A stretch of 64,000 nt of DNA from NCBI GenBank assembly GCA_032128875.1, contig JAVLKG010000009.1, positions 32,001 to 96,000 on the forward strand, written 5' to 3'. Position 1 is the stretch's first letter. Each line of letters opens with the position of its first letter. Made by a program: the position numbers and the translations under genes. Source of the DNA: Candidatus Melainabacteria bacterium 17Bon1m. Lineage in GTDB: Bacteria > Cyanobacteriota > Vampirovibrionia > Obscuribacterales > Obscuribacteraceae. Below, in pieces: positions 59,701 to 64,000 of the stretch. The notes beneath the pieces were generated by a model that ran no database searches, had not been told where the DNA came from, and was given only the letters and a program-made list of their open reading frames with translations.

Positions 59701-62700
59701 CATGCAGCCACGGGCGCACTTCGCTATTAATATAGAACGGGCTGTTTTCGAAGTCGCAGCTCGGGTTTGGAACAGTGACGCCGTTTGTCGGTGGCAAAAC
59801 TTTGTGGTGCAAAGCTTTAGCAACCTTGATCATGGAAGCCAATCCGGCGGCCGCTTTTGTGTGACCGATCATTGTCTTCACGGAGCCGACTGCGCAATTG
59901 CGTTTTTCGGCGCCGGAGCGCTCGAACACTTGTTTTAACGCTTCAATCTCGGCCCTGTCTCCGGCTACAGTACCAGTACCGTGGGCTTCGACCAGACCGA
60001 CTGTGGAGGGGTTGACTCCGGCATCTTCGTAGGCGCGATTGAGAGCAAGCATTTGACCTTCCGGTCTTGGTGCGGTCAAGCTGAGATCGCGACCGTCGCT
60101 GGAGCCGCCCACGCCTTTGATGAGAGCATAGATTCTGTCTCCATCACGCTCCGCGTCTTCAAGACGTTTTAGCACGAGCATGGCAACGCCTTCGCTGATG
60201 ACGATACCATCGGCGTTGGCGTCGAATGTGCGGCATCTTCCTTGTTTGGAGAAAGCATGTGTCTTGCTGAAGCTCAAGAAGTCGCCTGGTTGATTGTGCG
60301 TATCAACGGCGGTGAGGAAGACTACATCGCTGGTTCCGGAGCGCAATTCTTGCACTGAAGTGTAGAGCGCGGCGAGCGAAGAAGCGCATGCAGCGTCGAT
60401 AGAGAAGTTGACTCCACCCAGGTCGAAGCGGTTAGCAACACGACCGGCGGCGACGTTGCCGAGATATCCTGCGAACGAATCTTCGGTCCATTCGGGCAAG
60501 ATGTCGGCGATTTGATTCTTCGCTTTTTCATCGAGGTGAGCGAGTTTCCAGCCCAACATCGAGCGCAGTGACATCAGCGCTGTCACTGGACCGTGACCGG
60601 CATTGGCGAGAATTACAGATGTTTTCTTTCGGCCGAAGGCGCGGTTTTTGTAACCGGCATCTTCGAGCGCGCGGTCTGTGATCTCCAAAAGCATAAGTTG
60701 CATTGGATCGATCGAATTCAAACTGCTTGGCGGAATGCCGTACTTCGTAGGATCGAAAGTAATTGGTTGGAGGAAGCCGCCCCATTTCGAGACAATTCTG
60801 TCGCGAGCAAGCGGATTTTCGTCGTAGTAGTTGCGCCAATCCCATTGCTCGATGGGCACTTCTTCGATGGCGTCTACCTTGTTGAGGATGTTATTCCAAT
60901 ATTCGTTAAGGTCTTTTGCCTTGGGGAACATGCAAGACATGCCGACAATGGCGATATTGTCCCAACCGTCGCGGCGTGGTCTCGGGTTTTCTCCGACCGC
61001 TACATGAACTGATTTTTCTTCTGTCGAACCAGAAACAGCTGCAAAACCTTGAGTTGATTCGGCATCAGCAGTCACAGTTGCTTGTTTCAAGATTTCCAGG
61101 CCGCCTTTCGAAACAGACTGGTGCAATTCTTCAATCGACAAAACGCGCTCATGCATCGAGGCGACTTGCCCGATCATGTACATGCCGTCTTGCCATTGCT
61201 CGTCTTTGGAAACTTCAACCAATTTTTTGCTGGACGCAATTTCTTTGTTTTGCTCTTCTGAGTCCGCAACTTCTTTAGGGCCGGATTCAGCAGTAGATTC
61301 ATTTTGAATTTCTGTGAGAAGCAACTGGCGAGTCACTGTTTTTTCGCTCGGACGCGTTACGCCTTTGCTTGCGATACGCAGTCTGCCGAGGTTCATCAGC
61401 TCTAGTTCTTCGCGGACTTCGTCTTTTGTTTTATTCGCTAAAACCAGCTCCACTCGTTTGTCATCAAAAATACGCTTGTAAGGCGAGTTGATGCATCGGA
61501 TCGCGTGTCCGGGGCCAGTCTCCAACAAAACAGTTTCGTTGCAGGCAAGCGCAGCTTCCTGGAATTTTTCGACGATGGCACCGCTCTCGACTGCTTCTTT
61601 TGTAAAAAGATACGCAGTGCCGATGAGAACTCCGACTTTCATGCCGCGCTCGGTGAGCGGGGCCGTCATTGCTGCGACCATTGCAGCGGAAAGTCCATCG
61701 TGAATGCCGCCGGCCATAAGAATATGCAGCTTGGCGATTTCAGCTTTGGGCAATTGAACATTGGAGAGAATGTCCACCATCTGTTCCCAAAGAACGAAGC
61801 TAGAACGCGGACCAACGTGGCCGCCGCACTCTCTGCCTTCGAAGATGAAGCGGCGAGCGCCCATCTCGATGAATGAGGAGAGCAGAATTGGAGACGGAAC
61901 GTGCAAGTAAGTAGCGATGCCCGTATCTTCGAGCGACTTCGCTTGATCCGGTCTGCCGCCGGCAATAAGAGCGAACGGCGGTTTATGCCTGTTGATGACG
62001 GCAAATTGCTCTTGTCTCAACTCTTGCGGAACGAAGCCCAAAACCCCGACACCCCAGGGTTTGTCTGCGAGCAATTCTTTGGTTTTTGCAACAAGCACTT
62101 CTGCTTCGTCGCCGCGCATGAGCGCTAAGGCGAGGAAAGGAAGTCCGCCACCCTCGGCGACTTTGAGTGCGAATTCCGCGGTGTCGCTGACACGGGTCAT
62201 GGCACCTTGGACAATCGGATACTGAGTTTTATGTGACTCGGCAAGACCACCGTTTGGCTTGAATGCTTCTTGCTCAGCGGCGAGAGCACTCAGTCTGGCT
62301 GCGGATTCTTTGATAGCTTCGATGATACCGGCGGTCGAAACATATTTTTCTGCAAGACCTTTCGCCAGAGTGATGTCCTGACCAACTGCCAGAATGATGT
62401 CTTCGCGCTTGAGTTCAGCTGCGTTTTCATCACGCTTTTGACCTGGCGCAGGCAAGTATTTGCTCAAGTCGCAAAGCGAGGTGAGCGTCGAATGGTCATC
62501 GTTGATTGGGTGACCCTGACGAGCGAAAAATCTGATTTTCTTGCCGCCTTCTGCGGGCATGCTGGAGATCTCGGTACCATCCATGGTGGCAATGCGTTGT
62601 TTGGTCTCGGTGGACAATGCTGACTCGCGTGAGAGCAGCAATTGAGAATCGAGGACTACGCCACTGGCGCCGGCTGCGTAGCAAGCAGCTGCCGAGTAGA

Positions 62701-63307
62701 GACCGATGCCGCCCTGCACCCAGACCGGCAACTCCGTAACTCTTCTGATTTCCTGAAGCAGAATGTAGGCTGTCGTCTCGGAGGTTACGCCTCCCGATTC
62801 GCTGCCTTTTGCAATCAGCCCGTCAACCGGCAGCTCTTTGACTGCGAGTGTTTCTCTCAGGCTGGTTACTTCGACAAGAACTGTGGCGCCCAATGACTTT
62901 GCGTTGCCGACTGCTTGTGAGAGCGTTTCAAAAGACGTGGTCACGTCCGAGCTGATGATGACCAGCGGACGAGCATTGCTGCTGTTGGTTGCGTTGAGCG
63001 CAGCAGACGAGAGAATGCTCAGGGCTTCGTCGCTCTGTCTGGCACTGTATTTGATACCATAGCGCCCGCCCGGCTTGCGGGAGAGTTTTACAACGGCTGT
63101 CGAGACGGCTTGAGAAACTGCCGAATCGGAAAGCTCATGCAATTCGAGGTTGAGCAAACCGGCTTCGCCGGCCAGCTTGGCGGCAAATGCCACGCCATAA
63201 TGCGGTGAGGTCGGCGCCGAGCCAGCCTCTTCGGGTCTGCCGACAATTGCGTCTGTATCGCCGGGGAATGAAACCGCGGTGAGAGCAATGATTCCAAAAC
63301 TCGCCAT
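53753..63307 (-). CDS. Pfa/Hgl-like type I PKS/FAS: two FabK/PfaD-like ER barrels-KS-AT-ACP-KR-DH
   Basis: ER-like AKGSESGG/VQGGIG and PIVQGAM/EGRECGGH/AGGIHD; KS DAACASS/EAHGTGT/KTMIGH; AT GHSYG and AFHS; ACP LGIDSIKRVEIL; KR TGGARGIT and YVSAN; DH YLQDH...VMP and DPILLDSAMQ. ATG at 63307 after GAGG. Confidence 0.92.
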   Translation of the reverse strand: MASFGIIALTAVSFPGDTDAIVGRPEEAGSAPTSPHYGVAFAAKLAGEAGLLNLELHELSDSAVSQAVSTAVVKLSRKPGGRYGIKYSARQSDEALSILSSAALNATNSSNARPLVIISSDVTTSFETLSQAVGNAKSLGATVLVEVTSLRETLAVKELPVDGLIAKGSESGGVTSETTAYILLQEIRRVTELPVWVQGGIGLYSAAACYAAGASGVVLDSQLLLSRESALSTETKQRIATMDGTEISSMPAEGGKKIRFFARQGHPINDDHSTLTSLCDLSKYLPAPGQKRDENAAELKREDIILAVGQDITLAKGLAEKYVSTAGIIEAIKESAARLSALAAEQEAFKPNGGLAESHKTQYPIVQGAMTRVSDTAEFALKVAEGGGLPFLALALMRGDEAEVLVAKTKELLADKPWGVGVLGFVPQELRQEQFAVINRHKPPFALIAGGRPDQAKSLEDTGIATYLHVPSPILLSSFIEMGARRFIFEGRECGGHVGPRSSFVLWEQMVDILSNVQLPKAEIAKLHILMAGGIHDGLSAAMVAAMTAPLTERGMKVGVLIGTAYLFTKEAVESGAIVEKFQEAALACNETVLLETGPGHAIRCINSPYKRIFDDKRVELVLANKTKDEVREELELMNLGRLRIASKGVTRPSEKTVTRQLLLTEIQNESTAESGPKEVADSEEQNKEIASSKKLVEVSKDEQWQDGMYMIGQVASMHERVLSIEELHQSVSKGGLEILKQATVTADAESTQGFAAVSGSTEEKSVHVAVGENPRPRRDGWDNIAIVGMSCMFPKAKDLNEYWNNILNKVDAIEEVPIEQWDWRNYYDENPLARDRIVSKWGGFLQPITFDPTKYGIPPSSLNSIDPMQLMLLEITDRALEDAGYKNRAFGRKKTSVILANAGHGPVTALMSLRSMLGWKLAHLDEKAKNQIADILPEWTEDSFAGYLGNVAAGRVANRFDLGGVNFSIDAACASSLAALYTSVQELRSGTSDVVFLTAVDTHNQPGDFLSFSKTHAFSKQGRCRTFDANADGIVISEGVAMLVLKRLEDAERDGDRIYALIKGVGGSSDGRDLSLTAPRPEGQMLALNRAYEDAGVNPSTVGLVEAHGTGTVAGDRAEIEALKQVFERSGAEKRNCAVGSVKTMIGHTKAAAGLASMIKVAKALHHKVLPPTNGVTVPNPSCDFENSPFYINSEVRPWLHAPGTEQHQRRAGVSAFGFGGTNFHCVLEEYEPAVAIKEEPCKTEWPSELFTLSTAARMDMVKSVQQLLEQVKRAQADAASNTPGGFTRFAHKEFLKSQVKPSAKSAANTCRLTVVADGYNDLIEKLKRAQSDLLSPQKTEFKDPRGIFFKEKTEESPPGENSQSSNQSTKKIAFLFPGQGSQQINMLSDLSVAFPTVRKTFEQANEALQGVLPRSLKSYIFPPPAFTKEAEEKYQQELTDTRIAQPAVGAAGVAAFNLMSQLGIKADCAAGHSYGEYVALYAAGALNLKDLIRISELRGRLLTAKVENDGTMAAVTAERQEVEKLLGTMRGITLANINAPNQCVISGATDAVNDAVSQFKNQKIAARTIAVSQAFHSQYMEHAKQPLKEALQQIAFSAPKIPVYSNSDASTYTDSAEEFVNRLAEHIVKPVDFVSEIKRMHADGAYYFIEVGPGSVLTNLTSSILQDSPHLAVAIDRSGKNGITQLLNTLAQLWAHGVDFDARVLYEGRIEQLPALADQSTTGANGKPKLLYSIDSANITRYGVAPKPSTLAPSSAAPAPTASISAAGSINTAAQGGSAPALKPSQTAQTQSAGQPQARPAAQPPVSQPQTHTTSQSGQLNQTQAPNPFNGSGAKPVNPAAKESATRMTASTPPIPPTNQAPRAPQAPAAYNAPQGYPQPQAMPRPAANGNMDQVMVQFQQTMLEMTNSFLRTQQQVMSAYLATKAGVVPPQQFAQPQFQQPYAPQQYVQPQFGQPIAPPQYGQPQFAQQQFAQQPYTQAQYTEYVQPAVQAQYAQPEYTQGNGHVAPQILETAPLTIESNGNGNNGHYGHNGHNGHNGNNGHIAHNNSHSELPVAAVTADAVATAAPVNGSASPVEAAAPVETISNEKLVEELLEIVSQRTGYPPEMLDPELDLEADLGIDSIKRVEILNSFRKILPEAKQRELEGGLEQLAGTKTLKGIIDWINSEATGDTGTETSVPAAKSDANVNGAAIMAELAEVAGTNGSNGAHTAGLNGNGSNGSISSNGANGNGNGAGHNLDIIHATAGIIETGNGSNGHGNGNGNGHGAVEKAPVLVAAAATQTAQTAFSTRKESASGHNIQRATVEVSELAAAVLQPTKVPAGSIDLIIADEGDAWQEVGKSLTARGEKCVVIRHVANTKDGLKINNGACELDATSFDAVKSVLESVRKSHGKVARIINLQPLNKADVAITGSTPPAATMTLLNFAKAAYADLNDPAHKGIATITSASKLGGAFGSNSAGLNIETSTSPDRIWGAGISGFMKCLAKEWPIVRAKAIDFEESMTGSQIASIVIREMDAQEEFEANDGGDSNTAVAANKRVEIGYVNNGTTRIGLDVKITNIDSDSDTEHRQQQITIDSSTVIVITGGARGITAEIALDLAEKFQPQLVLLGRTPEPEAEPDYTAGLTSMRDIKAAIMSHLKDKGEQVSIAIVEQQYQKLIRDREIRDNLQAMRAAGSKVEYLPVDVRNESALEEAIDLINAEFGKIDGIIHGAGVIEDAFVKEKQQASFERVFTTKINSAKTLSKLAAQPDLKFFFLFSSVVGRTGNAGQSDYVSANETLNKLAVWLNKKSNARVASLMWGPWNAGMAQPELESLFAKYGWAMIAPAAGRKAFVDDLLYGRKDEAELVIVAQLPVSKGIPTDKMVRLSDAFTRQIDDASYEFESVLSPDVDLYLQDHTFDSVPVMPMAMALEMMAEAAQSVCPDAKMTGVNRLEIPAGIVFDSASKTLTVSARKVETVGQTTTVETTVITGNKRQHFKTSFELSSLPANGNGVAHRLSGLINIPAFVPSTATLAGIGQDIKSISPLPTRQIVYKDFMFHGPRFQGITSITALGEEGIVGELKASRPQECLSRSTGSNEWTIDPILLDSAMQLAGVWARQFLDITVLPTGFKKLHIGDRDLLLQDSYFARVFITPGTTARELTCDVAVYTKSGVLAFVIEGLGGIGSKSLNRLANQSASAAIPK

Positions 63308-63557
63308 GTACGAAGTGCCTCGGCAGAAGTTGGACGGATGGGTGCAATCTCGTCCCTTAGAAACACGCGCCACTGGAGAAGACGTTTCTCTTTCGGGCGG
63401 GGGTTGACCCTCAAAAACCTGCAAAAGCCAATCACAGACTAGGCCAGACTAGGTTATAGAGAAGTATATAAGGGCGGGAAAGGTTCGCCATTGGACAGGT
63501 TTTAACAACTCTCTTGTTACGAACTTATTGCATATGCAATAAGCAGCAAGAATGCCG

Positions 63558-64000
63558 CTAAACGACTACTGTTTCGGTCGGACTCTTGAGCTCGTACCTC
63601 ACACCGCGCCATTTGATACGGTTTGTAAGGACTGAGTAAAGAGTGACAAAGGGCAAAACCAGGTGGGCCAGTGGTATGGCCATGACGCTGCGCAGGAGCG
63701 TTTTGTCGAATGCCGCCTGCAGCTCCTTTTCGTCGTCCGTTGCCGGGGTCGGCAGGTTGGCCAGAAGGACGCGTTTCCAAAGCCCCTGGGCTTTTACGAG
63801 GAAAAACAATTCGACTGGTATGAGTGAAAGCCCCGCCATAAGCGACAGAAGCCATTCATTGTTGCCTGAGGCGATATATGCGAAAAGCGAGAAGAGCACG
63901 GCTCCGAGCCAGAAGGAAAGCAAAATTGCGCGATAGATTGCTCTCAGCCAGAGTTCGCGGTAGTAAACCTTAGTTAATATGAGCTGTCGATTAGTCCACT
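63558..64000 (-). CDS. Partial (3' end) GT2/GT21 ceramide-glucosyltransferase-like membrane glycosyltransferase
   Basis: Frame is open to the window edge (WTNRQLILTKVYYRELW...), then TM helices and terminal RIKWRGVRY motif. Catalytic N-terminal part lies outside the window. Confidence 0.68.
   Translation of the reverse strand, partial: WTNRQLILTKVYYRELWLRAIYRAILLSFWLGAVLFSLFAYIASGNNEWLLSLMAGLSLIPVELFFLVKAQGLWKRVLLANLPTPATDDEKELQAAFDKTLLRSVMAIPLAHLVLPFVTLYSVLTNRIKWRGVRYELKSPTETVVV

Noticed and set aside
48420-63307. Canonical PUFA (pfaABCD) or enediyne synthase call
   Set aside because: Only one ACP, no KS-CLF pair, no FabA-type DH pair, ER fused at the N-terminus; domain order also differs from PksE and no cognate thioesterase is visible.

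Overview
Chromosomal window of roughly 50% GC (judged by eye) with no rRNA, tRNA, CRISPR array, transposase or phage genes recognised. The host may be a non-photosynthetic cyanobacterial relative (Melainabacteria/Vampirovibrionia-like). That is a weak inference from one cyanobacterial/plastid-type conserved protein, a DesC-like desaturase, and the lack of photosynthesis genes in this window. Ordinary content: a vWA + PP2C-like pair, three tandem small heat-shock proteins, an MdtA/MdtB-type RND pump, MOSC protein, OPT transporter, Glu/Leu/Phe/Val dehydrogenase, patatin, delta-9-type desaturase, a FitAB/VapBC TA pair, methylmalonate-semialdehyde dehydrogenase, a four-gene 2-oxoacid dehydrogenase operon with divergent lipA, DUF488, a PlsC-family acyltransferase and a REC-histidine kinase. 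Most notable: (1) a two-gene Pfa/Hgl-like type I PKS/FAS (ER-like x2-KS-AT-single ACP-KR-DH, then KS-AT-DH-PPTase without ACP) downstream of a ceramide-glucosyltransferase-like gene, a candidate unknown glycolipid pathway; (2) a three-gene operon of 11-residue-periodic helical proteins, one with a ~750 aa disordered linker; (3) an ADP-ribosyltransferase-fold gene truncated in the ORF track because it appears to start at CTG; (4) a desaturase with an 11-mer amphipathic repeat tail; (5) four distinct REP-like palindrome types. All product calls come from motif recognition by eye; no searches were run.
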